Source: Candidatus Calditenuaceae archaeon HR02 (GTDB taxonomy: Archaea; Thermoproteota; Nitrososphaeria_A; Caldarchaeales; Calditenuaceae). Taken from it: a DNA stretch of 64,000 nucleotides. Positions 39,740-50,396 of the stretch are shown here, in pieces (positions within the stretch are counted from its first letter, which is position 1; the number at the start of each line of letters is the position of its first letter). The stretch is taken from assembly GCA_002898395.1 (NCBI GenBank), contig BEHE01000001.1, positions 64,001 through 128,000 on the forward strand, written 5' to 3'. The position numbers and the translations under genes are program-made. The notes below the pieces were generated by a model, which was given only the letters and a program-made list of their open reading frames with translations, made no database searches and had not been told where the DNA came from.

Positions 39740-40693
39740 GTGAGGGGATTCTTTCAACGTTATGAAGGGAACCCCATAATTAAGCCTGACAATAAATATT
39801 GGAGATCCTTATGCACCTTTAATCCAGGTGCCATAGAACTCAAAGGTGCAGTCTATATTCTCTTCAGAGCGATGTCAGATGATATGACATCAACAATAGG
39901 CTTGGCAATTAGCAAGAATGGACTAGATGTCATTGATATTTTAGATGAGCCAATATATTCTCCCAGAGAAAATTTTGAGATGAAGCTGCAACCAGGCCAT
40001 TCAGGGTGTGAGGACCCGCGTCTCGTCATCGTGGGGGAACGTATCCTAATGTTTTATACGGCATATGATGGTATTCATCACCCAAAAGTAGCATATACCT
40101 GGATATACGTAGATGATTTTTTAGAGTTGGAGTGGAATTGGGCAAAGCCTAAACTCGTTTCACCACTTGATATCGATGATAAGGATGCATGTATCATTCC
40201 GCAGAGATTTAATGAAGGATTTTTCTTCATTCATAGAGCTGGAGGAGTAAATATGGTCTACGATTATATATACGATTTGGATAACGTAGACACAAGGAAG
40301 TTGAATTCGTTTAAGCTAATGAGACCTAGGCCCGGTCTATGGGATTGTAAGAAAGTAGGATTGGCGTCACCACCTCTAAAACTGAGAGACGGGTGGCTCA
40401 CATTCTATCACGGCGTGTCCCATGATAATGTATACAGAGTCGGAGCCATATTACTTGACCTATACAGACCTTCGCAAGTGCTGTCAAGAACTTTTGAGCC
40501 TCTCTTATCACCTGAAGCATGGTACGAGAAAAAGGGTTATGTTAATAATGTGGTCTTTCCATGTGGCGCCATAATTAGAGACGAGACGGTATACTTATAC
40601 TACGGCGGAGCAGATAAATACGTGTGTGTTGCTACTGCATCTCTTCGAGAACTTATGATGACGTTAAAGGGAGAACAGAATCAGGGTCAATAG
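39740..40693 (+). CDS. GH130 family beta-mannoside phosphorylase/hydrolase
   Basis: NPII.P, FNPGA, GCEDPR, YTAYDG, DKDA, YHGV, NVVFPCG, YYGGAD. Confidence 0.88.
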   Translation: MRGFFQRYEGNPIIKPDNKYWRSLCTFNPGAIELKGAVYILFRAMSDDMTSTIGLAISKNGLDVIDILDEPIYSPRENFEMKLQPGHSGCEDPRLVIVGERILMFYTAYDGIHHPKVAYTWIYVDDFLELEWNWAKPKLVSPLDIDDKDACIIPQRFNEGFFFIHRAGGVNMVYDYIYDLDNVDTRKLNSFKLMRPRPGLWDCKKVGLASPPLKLRDGWLTFYHGVSHDNVYRVGAILLDLYRPSQVLSRTFEPLLSPEAWYEKKGYVNNVVFPCGAIIRDETVYLYYGGADKYVCVATASLRELMMTLKGEQNQGQ

Positions 40694-41724
40694 ATTGTCA
40701 CTGTTTTTCCAGTCTTTGCAGAGACATATGCAGCTTCTAATATCTGCATTACATGGTGTCCTTCTTCTGGAGTGCCAATTGGCTTTTTGTTATTCAGTAT
40801 GCAGCGTATGAAATGTCTATGAGTATGCTGTGGCTCCTTCTCTTTAGGTAAATTTGGATAAGACCACCCTATATTTTCGCTATAGATGGCGATGCAGTGT
40901 CCTAAGTAGTTTATATGGATGGTCCCCTTGTCACCGTATAACGATGTCGTATTCTGACCTGGGACCTGCGTCCAGCTGGACTCAGCTAGCGCAAGAGTAC
41001 CATCCTCCATCTCAATCAATATAATACTATTGTCATCCACCTCTGATGCCTTACTTAGAGTAGCTGTAAATGCTGATACTTTCCTAGCCCTTCCTAACAT
41101 ATAAACTATCCTAGTAACGGAATATACGCCAAGATCTAGTAATACACCACCATGAGCTTTCTCAGAACTGAAAAACCATACATCCACAGGCTCTCCGAAC
41201 ATATTAGCAATTTCTGCTTGATACTTCTCAGGGCCACCGTGAGATGTTCGCGCTTCAGCCATGCATATTTTGCCTATTTCACCGGTTAGTAAGACCTCTT
41301 TAACGTAATCATATACTGGTGTGTCATAGTATATGAATGGTAGAACCATAATTTTTAAGTCGGGGTTTTTTCTTGATGCTTCCACTATTAGGAATGAGTC
41401 CCTAGCATTTGTCGTCATGGGCTTCTGGATTAGGACATGTTTATGGGCCTCTATTGCATCTATAGCAATCTTCGCATGCGTGGGATGGGGTGTCGCCACT
41501 ATCACCGCATCTAGATCTTCTTTCTCAAGCATCTCTTTATAATCTATATACCAATGCGCTATGCCGAATTTTTTTGCCGTAATCTCTGCGCGTTCAGGCT
41601 TTATATCGGATATAGCAACAATCTCAGCCTCTTCAATCTGAGACAGTTCGGGGAGATGAAAATGATTTGATATTCCACCAGCACCAACTATGCCGAACCT
41701 TACCTGCTTCATGGAGATACACAT
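40687..41724 (-). CDS. Gfo/Idh/MocA oxidoreductase
   Basis: GIVGAGGI, ATPHPTH, QKP, GGVLLDLGVY. Confidence 0.9.
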   Translation of the reverse strand: MCISMKQVRFGIVGAGGISNHFHLPELSQIEEAEIVAISDIKPERAEITAKKFGIAHWYIDYKEMLEKEDLDAVIVATPHPTHAKIAIDAIEAHKHVLIQKPMTTNARDSFLIVEASRKNPDLKIMVLPFIYYDTPVYDYVKEVLLTGEIGKICMAEARTSHGGPEKYQAEIANMFGEPVDVWFFSSEKAHGGVLLDLGVYSVTRIVYMLGRARKVSAFTATLSKASEVDDNSIILIEMEDGTLALAESSWTQVPGQNTTSLYGDKGTIHINYLGHCIAIYSENIGWSYPNLPKEKEPQHTHRHFIRCILNNKKPIGTPEEGHHVMQILEAAYVSAKTGKTVTIY

Positions 41725-41725
41725 G

Positions 41726-42769
41726 CTAGAGTGGGAGATTTATAATAGTGCCTCGCTCAACAGATTGGAGACCGGCCTCGAGAACCTCTTGGACAGCCAT
41801 GTTAAACTTGGCATTCAACGGCTTTTCTATCTCTTCATCTTGTAAAACCTTCTGGACAAAGTATTCGGGGCCATTCCTGTATCCTTTTGGTGGTGTTGGC
41901 GGCTTTATGGACTCGCTTCGAATATCCCTAAAATCACTTGAATTCTTAACTTGCCATACATGGACTTTTCCATCATCCGTGACGATTATAGTTCCATCGG
42001 AGCCATTGATGATGGGCCCATGTATTGGATATGACCCTATTTGAGACCAGCTTGCCTCTGCAACTCCTATTGCGTCGTCGAATTCCATCAATAGTATGGC
42101 GTTATCCTCAACAGGAATATATTTACGGACGAGATTTTTGGCGGTTGCCCAGACTCTACTGGGTAGCTTATCTAGAAACCATAAAGTAATATTAACGCCG
42201 TAGCAACAGTAATCCATTAATGCTCCTGCCCCGTTTAGCTCTTTGTCATATAGCCATCTATAGAAATATGGCGAACAACCGACTTCGCGGGGGCCAGCAT
42301 GAGCACCTCTATATCTGATATGGAATATATCCCCTATTTTCCCCTCCATAGTAAGCTGGAGTGAATATTGTATGCCAGGATTCCAGGTAGTAGGGTAGTT
42401 GACCAGCACCTTTACACCATGGCGCTCTGAAGCACTTACAATTCTACGAGCTTGAGATAAATTAGCCGCCATAGGTTTTTCCATTATCACATGTATACCA
42501 TTCTCTGCAGCTAGCTCAACTACATCAGCGTGCCTTGCATTTTCATTGCAGACCAACGCAATATCTACTTCTTCTTTCTCAAACATTTCCGAAAAATCAC
42601 GGTAGATTCTCCTAATACCATATAGATTTGAGGCTCTCTCAAGTAGCGGAGGGTTATAATCGGCAGCCGCTACAATTTCAACAGATCCGATCTGTCCGAA
42701 TTGGTCTAATAACCCCCAAACATGATCATGTACAAGCCCCGCAACACATAGTTTAAGTTTCTTAGTCAT
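41726..42769 (-). CDS. Gfo/Idh/MocA oxidoreductase
   Basis: GLVHDHV, EKPMA, GAGALMDYCCYG; start at MTKK (ATG 42769). Confidence 0.88.
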   Translation of the reverse strand: MTKKLKLCVAGLVHDHVWGLLDQFGQIGSVEIVAAADYNPPLLERASNLYGIRRIYRDFSEMFEKEEVDIALVCNENARHADVVELAAENGIHVIMEKPMAANLSQARRIVSASERHGVKVLVNYPTTWNPGIQYSLQLTMEGKIGDIFHIRYRGAHAGPREVGCSPYFYRWLYDKELNGAGALMDYCCYGVNITLWFLDKLPSRVWATAKNLVRKYIPVEDNAILLMEFDDAIGVAEASWSQIGSYPIHGPIINGSDGTIIVTDDGKVHVWQVKNSSDFRDIRSESIKPPTPPKGYRNGPEYFVQKVLQDEEIEKPLNAKFNMAVQEVLEAGLQSVERGTIINLPL

Positions 42770-42959
42770 CGAGGGAACGGCAACTACGCTAAATAAAAAG
42801 TTTATACTCCATAAATAAAAACATGACACTAAAAGTCTCCTCATATACCGCATAAAATAAGCTCATCCAAAAAGGCATGATACACTCAGCGAGATCTCTC
42901 ACAAATAGATCGTCAATACTATGGACATAGCTCCATTCAATTAACAAGCAGATAGGAAA

Positions 42960-45092
42960 TTATAAGCCAATGATTGATTTTTCTCCCAACAAAAATAATC
43001 GTGTCTCGTTTTGACCAATTTTTACAGTGAATTCGTTTATATCGCGTGCAACATATGTCTCAGATACAATGTCGTAGACATTTGTAGTCTTAGGGAGTCT
43101 TATTATCTTAGTTCCGGGCTTTCTGGAGTGTATCGATAAGAAGTACTGATTTGAGTAGATTATATCGTTGTCATCGCTGTATATGTGGACGCCGGCATAC
43201 CTCGCTATATTTCTAAGAATTGTTACAGGTATTTTAGGAATAGCTATGAATACAGACCTCCAGTCTGAAGTCTCCTTTACGCAGAAGCCGGGCCATTCTT
43301 CGCCTGTAACCCAATGCTGATGTACTAGCAGCTTTCCAAGCACCCTTACACTAGGGTCAAGTGTGTAAAAAATTGGCCCAATATTCGTAGATGTTCCGAA
43401 GGTCGTTACGGGCAAGTTTGATGTTATGGGGTGCTCAAAATCTGTAATTGTAATGAATAATGGTGTAGCCTTTTCGAAGAAAGTTCTAACTTCGTGGAAG
43501 CCAATCTTCATACCGGTGAGCTCCATCATAGCCTCGGTCGAAAACCCATCTTCGCTTAGAAAACCTGGGCAGAAGACCCAAACTGCTGTTTTCCCATCTT
43601 TCTGTACTCGTTCCCTAATGGCCTTTCTTTCACTCTTAGTCAGATAAAAGGTATTAAGAAAGATGTACAATTTATATTCAGGCATATTTGGATTTGCCAA
43701 GGCTTCATGTAGATATATGTCGATTCTTGTGCCGATTCTATAGAGTTCGTGTATGAGCTGGTCGAAGACAAGCGGCTTTAGGAGTTCAGTCCCTAGTTTT
43801 AAGTGAAAAGGTGTCTCGGCGTCTATTATTACAGCAACCCCGTCACCTTTTGTAGATCTATCAAGTTTTAGACTCGCTTGACCTAACTTTTTCAATTTCG
43901 ATATTAGACGCAGAATCTCGGGATTATCATACCACCCGCCCTCTGGCCATAGGTCCATCCACCAGAGGCCCACCCCTCTAACCAAGTTGTGTGCAAAGTC
44001 TCTCTTGTGGATGTTAAGGGTCTCGTTAAGCGTCTTAGCCAATCCATGCCTCCATGAATATGGGAAGTGGTCGCATTCTGTGAACCAAAGCTTACCATAG
44101 AGCTTGACCATATCTACTGGTGCTTGAAGACCATCAACTCCTCCCGGCCCCCTGTCGTGATATTGATATGGTGCGCAGAGAAAATCTATGTCAGGTGATT
44201 CCAACACTTTCATAAGTGCGTTATGACCCCAGTGCTGTGAGTAGTATGGGAAACCAGTAGCGTTTAGAAGGTAACCATAGAAGGCACCTACTATATGATC
44301 ACGAGTGACCTGTTTTACCACTTTACAGAAGTATAGAAGGGCGTCGGCCGTGGTTTCTGATAGAAACTGGTAGTAGTCTGCGACAGCTGCATTGCGGCCA
44401 GGATCTCTGAAGAGCCCTAGGTCGCTTGACATTCTCTGCTCTTTTGTCGGTATAGTAACAGTATCGAAATCGACATCCCTACTGCCCCACCTTTTGCGTA
44501 GAGTATCAATATCGTTTTCATATTTATTTCTCAACCATTTCCTGAAGGCTACGAGAGCTGGGCCGCTAAAATCCGGCAGTTTTCTAGTCCAGTAGAACCA
44601 TTCGTTGACTCCACCTGTTATTTGAAATCCTATGAAGTGCTCGCCGTGCGGGCCTTCTATGGCATGTCTCACCAGCCTTCTGAGCGCTTCTCCAGCCTCC
44701 TTTCTCCACACGATCGAGGCTAATGAGACACCTTCCTTCTCTCCATCATCATATACGTTCATTTCATCTGAGTGGAGGTCATACCACCATCCAGGTGGAG
44801 AGACCGCTAATCTAGGGAATAAATAACAATCCTTGTCAGCATTGACGAACGTCTCAACCTCTTTATCGAAGGCGGTGTAGTCATAGGTCTCCGGACCTAT
44901 CCAGCATAGATCACGCGAGTGACTAATTATGTCGCTCCAACCCCAAGTGAAAAGATGAATACCTGCATCCCTAAACTGCTCAATATAGGCCTTAATGGGT
45001 ACTGGTAGATAATATGCATATGGTGGATAGGGCTGATCGTTGATGAAGAGGGTTGGAGCACCATTATAAGGCCTAACTTCCGCATGCGTCAT
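42960..45092 (-). CDS. Clan GH-A glycoside hydrolase, GH42/beta-galactosidase-like, with trimerisation-type domain
   Basis: GPETYDY, NEW (acid/base), FRKWLRNKY...L..RWG, WFTECD (nucleophile), C-terminal DUF4350/GATase-like segment. Confidence 0.65.
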   Translation of the reverse strand: MTHAEVRPYNGAPTLFINDQPYPPYAYYLPVPIKAYIEQFRDAGIHLFTWGWSDIISHSRDLCWIGPETYDYTAFDKEVETFVNADKDCYLFPRLAVSPPGWWYDLHSDEMNVYDDGEKEGVSLASIVWRKEAGEALRRLVRHAIEGPHGEHFIGFQITGGVNEWFYWTRKLPDFSGPALVAFRKWLRNKYENDIDTLRKRWGSRDVDFDTVTIPTKEQRMSSDLGLFRDPGRNAAVADYYQFLSETTADALLYFCKVVKQVTRDHIVGAFYGYLLNATGFPYYSQHWGHNALMKVLESPDIDFLCAPYQYHDRGPGGVDGLQAPVDMVKLYGKLWFTECDHFPYSWRHGLAKTLNETLNIHKRDFAHNLVRGVGLWWMDLWPEGGWYDNPEILRLISKLKKLGQASLKLDRSTKGDGVAVIIDAETPFHLKLGTELLKPLVFDQLIHELYRIGTRIDIYLHEALANPNMPEYKLYIFLNTFYLTKSERKAIRERVQKDGKTAVWVFCPGFLSEDGFSTEAMMELTGMKIGFHEVRTFFEKATPLFITITDFEHPITSNLPVTTFGTSTNIGPIFYTLDPSVRVLGKLLVHQHWVTGEEWPGFCVKETSDWRSVFIAIPKIPVTILRNIARYAGVHIYSDDNDIIYSNQYFLSIHSRKPGTKIIRLPKTTNVYDIVSETYVARDINEFTVKIGQNETRLFLLGEKSIIGL

Positions 45093-45280
45093 ACCCCAAC
45101 TTCAAAACATTGATGAGGGCCCACCCTCTATATATTTTTCCGCGGATAAGTTAGGTACAAGCAGTGAAGACTATTACCTACTCATGTAGCTGTAGTGTGA
45201 AAGCGTGGACAACAGTAAGCGCATTGAGTATCTGTAATAAATGCAGCATATGGATTGACATAAAAAATGACTTTAGAGAA

Positions 45281-47263
45281 TTATTTGGCTCTTCTCCTAA
45301 CTAGAAGCCCAGCCGCTATCCCCGCGATTCCTATTACTATCCCTGCAGCAACTGCTGGTAAGACCCAGCCCGGAACAATCTCGACTTGGACCTCCTTTGT
45401 CACCGTCTGCTCAACTGTCCTAGCTATTGTCTGGACAATTGTTTCCCCCCTGACAACGGTTGTCCTAACCTCTGTAGTAAGTATCTGCGTCACCGTCTGC
45501 TGGCCGGGTGGCGGAGGCGCAGGTGGGGCTGGCTTAAGCTCAAAGAGTATGAAGATCAGCTGAGGCCACCAGTTATAAGGAATAATATACATATTGTCGG
45601 TTGTAGGCCACCCAACCCAGTATTTGGTTCCGAAGACTGGGTGGAAGATTTTTTCAACAACGGGTAGGTATGGTAACTCCCTCAAGAACATCTCCACTAT
45701 TTCTCGGTACAAAGGCTCATTTGCAGGGTCATTAGGATCCCTCGTCCTTAACGTGTCGACTATCTCGTCAAGTCTAGGGTTGCAGAATTGCTTACCGCAT
45801 TCAGCGCCTCTAATTTTGCTGTGATGCCTTAGCGCACCTTCATAGATATCCCCAGATATCCACATACCGTGTGGGAGGTGGGATACTTCCACATCTATCC
45901 AGAAGTTTCCAGTACGCCGCATCTCCTCCCTTGTGGCAAATGATGGAGTTAAAACGGCAGCCTCGATACCGAATCTGTTAAGCTCGTCAGCCAATACATT
46001 TGCTATTAGGTTTTCAACACTCGGCGGACCCCACGTAGTTATGGTGAATGACAGCCTTGTTCCGTTTGGTGTGACCCAGATACCATCAGGACCCTTGGTG
46101 AATCCTAGGCTCTTTAGTAGCTCTTCGGCCTTGGCAGGATTATATTCAATCTTGTATTTCTCGTATAGATCTTTGTACTCATATTTCTTCAACGCCCCCC
46201 AATCTGCGTGTATGTAATAGGCAGGCTTACCCTCGAGTGCAAGTGGATAAAGACTTGCCACCTTATCCTTATTTGTTAAGTATGCAATAGCCCACCTAAC
46301 CTCTCTGAGACTTAGCGGATATCGTGCCATATTGAACTGTATTCCGAAGGGTACAGGATCTGGGAATGGGGCCTCAACCATTGATACACCAGAGCCCTTG
46401 GCAGTTCTAATCATATCGACCGTGAATAGGAACGGGATTGGTGAGTCTACATCACCTCTGAGAAAGTCTGCAAGGTCTACATCAGCCGGCGGTGCACGCC
46501 TCCACACCACATATTTGGGGGCTGGAAACTTCCCGTGCACCGTCTTACCCCAGTAATCCTCGACGCGTTCCCACACATACATCTTCAGATCGGGGAAGAC
46601 CTTCCACAGTTTGTATGGCCCCGTCTCAACTGGTGGCCAGTTTGCAAAGGTTAACGGGTCCTTACCCTCCCAGACATGCTTAGGCCTCACCCACTCTCCG
46701 TTTGGTCCCCACATCCTAAAGACGTGGTGAAAGCGGGGGTTCGGCTCCTTCAACCTAATCTCTACTGTCAATTTGTCTATTGCCCTCGCGGATTCGACGT
46801 TCAATGATATGAAGCTGCTTGTAAAGTATTGTTTTTGCAGGTTCACACTAAATACTACATCTTCCGCGGTGTACTGTACACCATCATTCCACTTTACACC
46901 GTCCCTGATCTTTAAAATGAAAGTTCTGAAGTTATCTTTATACTCCCACCCACTAATCCGCCACAAAATGTATTCCCCTGTTATGTAGTTAATGTACCAA
47001 TCCCACTCGACTACGTTCTGATGCCAGCCCGAACCCCACTGGGTACCGCCAGGTATGAATGGGTTCGCCTTATCAAAGACGGCGGGGTCAACGTCAGTCT
47101 CGATTATGACTGCTTGGTCCCTTGGAACTGGAAGCCAAGCCGGTTGCTGGGCTCTACCAATAGGTAGTGACGATAGTAGTGAGATCAACAGAAACGTTGA
47201 GAGAAGGGCAGCCAGTACTATTTTTCTTCCATATTTCATTTCAAGATTTTTTATAGTTGCCAC
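45281..47263 (-). CDS. Family-5 substrate-binding protein (probably oligosaccharide)
   Basis: IRDGVKWNDG..YTAEDVVFS, signal peptide, Pro/Thr/Val linker and C-terminal TM. Confidence 0.9.
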   Translation of the reverse strand: MATIKNLEMKYGRKIVLAALLSTFLLISLLSSLPIGRAQQPAWLPVPRDQAVIIETDVDPAVFDKANPFIPGGTQWGSGWHQNVVEWDWYINYITGEYILWRISGWEYKDNFRTFILKIRDGVKWNDGVQYTAEDVVFSVNLQKQYFTSSFISLNVESARAIDKLTVEIRLKEPNPRFHHVFRMWGPNGEWVRPKHVWEGKDPLTFANWPPVETGPYKLWKVFPDLKMYVWERVEDYWGKTVHGKFPAPKYVVWRRAPPADVDLADFLRGDVDSPIPFLFTVDMIRTAKGSGVSMVEAPFPDPVPFGIQFNMARYPLSLREVRWAIAYLTNKDKVASLYPLALEGKPAYYIHADWGALKKYEYKDLYEKYKIEYNPAKAEELLKSLGFTKGPDGIWVTPNGTRLSFTITTWGPPSVENLIANVLADELNRFGIEAAVLTPSFATREEMRRTGNFWIDVEVSHLPHGMWISGDIYEGALRHHSKIRGAECGKQFCNPRLDEIVDTLRTRDPNDPANEPLYREIVEMFLRELPYLPVVEKIFHPVFGTKYWVGWPTTDNMYIIPYNWWPQLIFILFELKPAPPAPPPPGQQTVTQILTTEVRTTVVRGETIVQTIARTVEQTVTKEVQVEIVPGWVLPAVAAGIVIGIAGIAAGLLVRRRAK

Positions 47264-47349
47264 TATTTAAGTCTTTATACACATATTTAAAGCGAGTTCC
47301 CAGATGTCACAGCTCCACACCTCATTTTTTAAACACAGCGCACGTGGCA

Positions 47350-48477
47350 TTACTGGGCTATTTCCTTTGGTCCGAGACTTATCTTGGTTAGGTATAGGTT
47401 TTCGTCGGGGCCGGGTGCAAGGTATATTTTGTCTGGGTATAGGATTGAGAGTTTGTTTATTGTATCTCGGACCATTGTGGGTGTTGCTATTTGGTTGTTT
47501 TCTAGTAGTCTCATGCAGACTGCCATCTCCAATAGGCTTACCTTTACGGGTCCTCCCAGCCATGCAGACATCGTGTGGAATGTTTGGACTAGTTCTCTGT
47601 TTAACGCCTCTCTGGATGGTCTGCCTGTGTAGGGGATGAAGAGTGGGGCTAACATTGAGAAGATGTTTTCTCGGAGCCGAGATGGCGGGTAGGTGAGTGC
47701 CTTAGCCATTACTTCTTTATGGCTTAGTATCTGTTCAGAGACTGTGTACCGCCCCCTCCTAAACCTGTTGAGTATTCCCAAGTCGACGAGCCACTCGAGC
47801 CTGGGTGGGACAACATGCCGATACTTGGCATATAGGCTACTTCTAATCCAGAGGGCCTTTGTGGCGTATTTCAGCCGCTCCTCCCTGAACCTCTTAGCCA
47901 TCTCTATCTTAGAGAGAATCTCTCCTCGAGCCTTCTTCCCCGCTGCCGTCAGGAGTGATGCTAGGGCTTGAGGGTATAGCTCCTCCATGACGTAGTTCAT
48001 GGCGTCTATTCTTGCGAACGCTTCGTGTTCGATTGCCCACCTAATTATGCCTGGAAGTATTAGGTAGTCTTGTGTGAGTAATAGCCAAGTAAAGAAGACC
48101 TTATCGACTGGTTTGAGAGATATCAAATCTAGGAGCGATAACTTTGTTTCTCCTTTGAGATATGCGTCGATAGGTGATATGCTTCTTGTGAATGCGTAGA
48201 CGATCCCATTCTCTCCAAGCCTCTGTGTTTGCCGATCAATGAGGCCCAGCTCTGCAGCAAATGAGACATAGTTTCTAGCCGCCACTGAGCTACGTATTAG
48301 GCCTATGATGTCTTGACCCAACTGATGCCCCTCTTCGAGCTTTTTCAAACTCTCCTCCAACACTGCAGCGATAAAGCCAGGAGAAACCTGTCTAGTGTGA
48401 GACTCTGTCTTTGCTGCGCCTACTATCAAGCGGAGGTAGCCGAGTCTGCACACCTCGCCGTGAGTCTCGAGTATCAA
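47350..48477 (-). CDS. Hypothetical protein with two winged-helix-like segments, translationally coupled to the methyltransferase
   Basis: NYVSFAAELGLID..RLGENG and PRLEWLVDLGIL...GRYTVS; ATGA overlap with upstream gene. Confidence 0.6.
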   Translation of the reverse strand: MILETHGEVCRLGYLRLIVGAAKTESHTRQVSPGFIAAVLEESLKKLEEGHQLGQDIIGLIRSSVAARNYVSFAAELGLIDRQTQRLGENGIVYAFTRSISPIDAYLKGETKLSLLDLISLKPVDKVFFTWLLLTQDYLILPGIIRWAIEHEAFARIDAMNYVMEELYPQALASLLTAAGKKARGEILSKIEMAKRFREERLKYATKALWIRSSLYAKYRHVVPPRLEWLVDLGILNRFRRGRYTVSEQILSHKEVMAKALTYPPSRLRENIFSMLAPLFIPYTGRPSREALNRELVQTFHTMSAWLGGPVKVSLLEMAVCMRLLENNQIATPTMVRDTINKLSILYPDKIYLAPGPDENLYLTKISLGPKEIAQ

Positions 48478-49664
48478 GGCATGACGACACCTCTAATCGG
48501 GCCGCCGCTACTCCAATTAATATTTACTTTATTCTCCACAGAATGTCCTTTTTCAAGCTCCAGTATGACTTCGCCACTAACTCCCTGCTTCGCATCGAGA
48601 TACATTAAATACTTGTTTTCTTTCGGTATGTTGTCATAGACTATTCGCCTCACCTCAAAGCCCGCCCTCACTGCTATAGGTTCAACAAACTCGGCCAGAT
48701 CAATACGCTCGCCGTTCTTCTTGACAACACCTAGCACGACTACACACGCCTTATCCCATTTCAATACTCTAAAGATTTCCCGGAATACCTCATCCATGAA
48801 GACGGCGAATTTTTGGAGGGAGTTTGAGTGGAAGAGTCTCTCCGCTATTTTTCTATAGTCTTCTCCTAAGAACCATAGTCTTAGCCAGTTGTCCCAGGCA
48901 TATGTCTGCATGTTAAGGTATGGTGGTGATGTGATGACGAAGTCAATTGACTCGTCCTCTATTGGGAGGCTTCTTGCGTCACAGCTGTATGCCATGCCAT
49001 CTACGAGATGGACATGAGACTGTAGGACCCTTCTCGCCTTCATTAGGAGACACTTAGGCAGGCTTCTAAGAGGCTTCTTCAGCCCTAAAATCCTCTTAGA
49101 TCTGGCAACATATCCAGGAGACATGGAGAATGAGTGTGAACATTTTACAGATAGACTTAGGCTGCTTGAGCCGTGTAAAATCCCTAGGATTAACGCCTTA
49201 ATGAATATTCCAGTCCTCGTGTAGTCATCCATTAAGAGCTCCCGCGCAGCTAAAATCTGCCTTAAGGTCTTCTTATGATAGAATACCTGGACCTCCTCAG
49301 GGGCGTCAGCATCAACTCCTCTCTCCAGAAATTCTCTGTTTCTCGAAACCCACTCCTCTACCTGTCGATATGTGATTGGCTGGACCTTCGCATGTGTCAG
49401 CACATACGCCTCTGGAGCCAGATCGTTGCCCACACCTACCCGGCCAGTAGCGCAGGCTTCAAGCGGGGCAGTCCCCTTACCTGAGAAGGGATCCAAGACC
49501 ACGTCGCCCGGACGGGAGTATTTTACGATATAGTAGTGGGCCATTGCCGGCGGGAAGGAGCCAGTCCTCGAGCATAGGCGGTGTAGTGGTGACCCCCACG
49601 CGTGTGGCGAATACTTCCAGCTCCCACTCAGCTCCCAGCTTGACACCTGTCTTAACTCCAGCAT
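48474..49664 (-). CDS. Amino-DNA methyltransferase (probably m4C; motif I before SPPY)
   Basis: VLDPFSGKGT (SAM binding) and VITSPPY (catalytic). Confidence 0.88.
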   Translation of the reverse strand: MLELRQVSSWELSGSWKYSPHAWGSPLHRLCSRTGSFPPAMAHYYIVKYSRPGDVVLDPFSGKGTAPLEACATGRVGVGNDLAPEAYVLTHAKVQPITYRQVEEWVSRNREFLERGVDADAPEEVQVFYHKKTLRQILAARELLMDDYTRTGIFIKALILGILHGSSSLSLSVKCSHSFSMSPGYVARSKRILGLKKPLRSLPKCLLMKARRVLQSHVHLVDGMAYSCDARSLPIEDESIDFVITSPPYLNMQTYAWDNWLRLWFLGEDYRKIAERLFHSNSLQKFAVFMDEVFREIFRVLKWDKACVVVLGVVKKNGERIDLAEFVEPIAVRAGFEVRRIVYDNIPKENKYLMYLDAKQGVSGEVILELEKGHSVENKVNINWSSGGPIRGVVMP

Positions 49665-49802
49665 CTCGTGAGCGAAGCATACCGCACACCAGTATCTTTA
49701 ACCATTGAGACGATTTTGATGGAACAGACTACTATATTATATCCGAGTGTAATATACTGGGAGTGTCGCTAGCTTCTGAATAGGAATTCTCTGCCTATTA
49801 CT

Positions 49803-50387
49803 TCAGACTGCCTGCTTGAATATTGGGAGAATCCCTAGGTATTCCACATCTTCGAATATTCCACCCTCCAAGAGGATTGCAGCCTTCTTGTAGACCCGCC
49901 CTCCGGCCATAGCGACGAGTTTTTCTAATGCGGAGAGGGTCTCCCTCGTGCTCACTATGTCGTCTACTATTCCCACATTTTTGTCCTTGAGGTATGGAAC
50001 GTAGCGTCCGTCTATACAGAGTTTTATCGGGGCCTTGCTAGTCACTGGTTTACACTCTGTGACTAGTGGGTTTACCATGAATGGCTTTAACTCCTTTCTT
50101 GCCACTATGTATCTCTTGTGGTCTAGGATTTTGGCTATCTCGTGCACTAGGGGGATGCCCTTGCTCTCCGACGTGACCAATATTTCACATCCCCTGAGCC
50201 TCTCTGAGAGCTTCTCAGCGCATTTGGATATGAACTCCCTGTCACCCAGACTGTCGAAATAGGCTATCCAAGTGTCCGTGGCGACTTTGAGCAATGGAAG
50301 CCTACGTCTTATACCCTCAACCTCTATCTCGTAGTATTCCCTATTCTCGTAGGGGAGGATTACCTCTTTCACGCCTGATAGCGTCAA
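49803..50387 (-). CDS. Adenine/purine phosphoribosyltransferase family protein
   Basis: ESKGIPL, ARKE, GIVDDIVST PRPP-binding motif. Confidence 0.85.
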   Translation of the reverse strand: MTLSGVKEVILPYENREYYEIEVEGIRRRLPLLKVATDTWIAYFDSLGDREFISKCAEKLSERLRGCEILVTSESKGIPLVHEIAKILDHKRYIVARKELKPFMVNPLVTECKPVTSKAPIKLCIDGRYVPYLKDKNVGIVDDIVSTRETLSALEKLVAMAGGRVYKKAAILLEGGIFEDVEYLGILPIFKQAV

Positions 50388-50396
50388 TGCTCTGGA

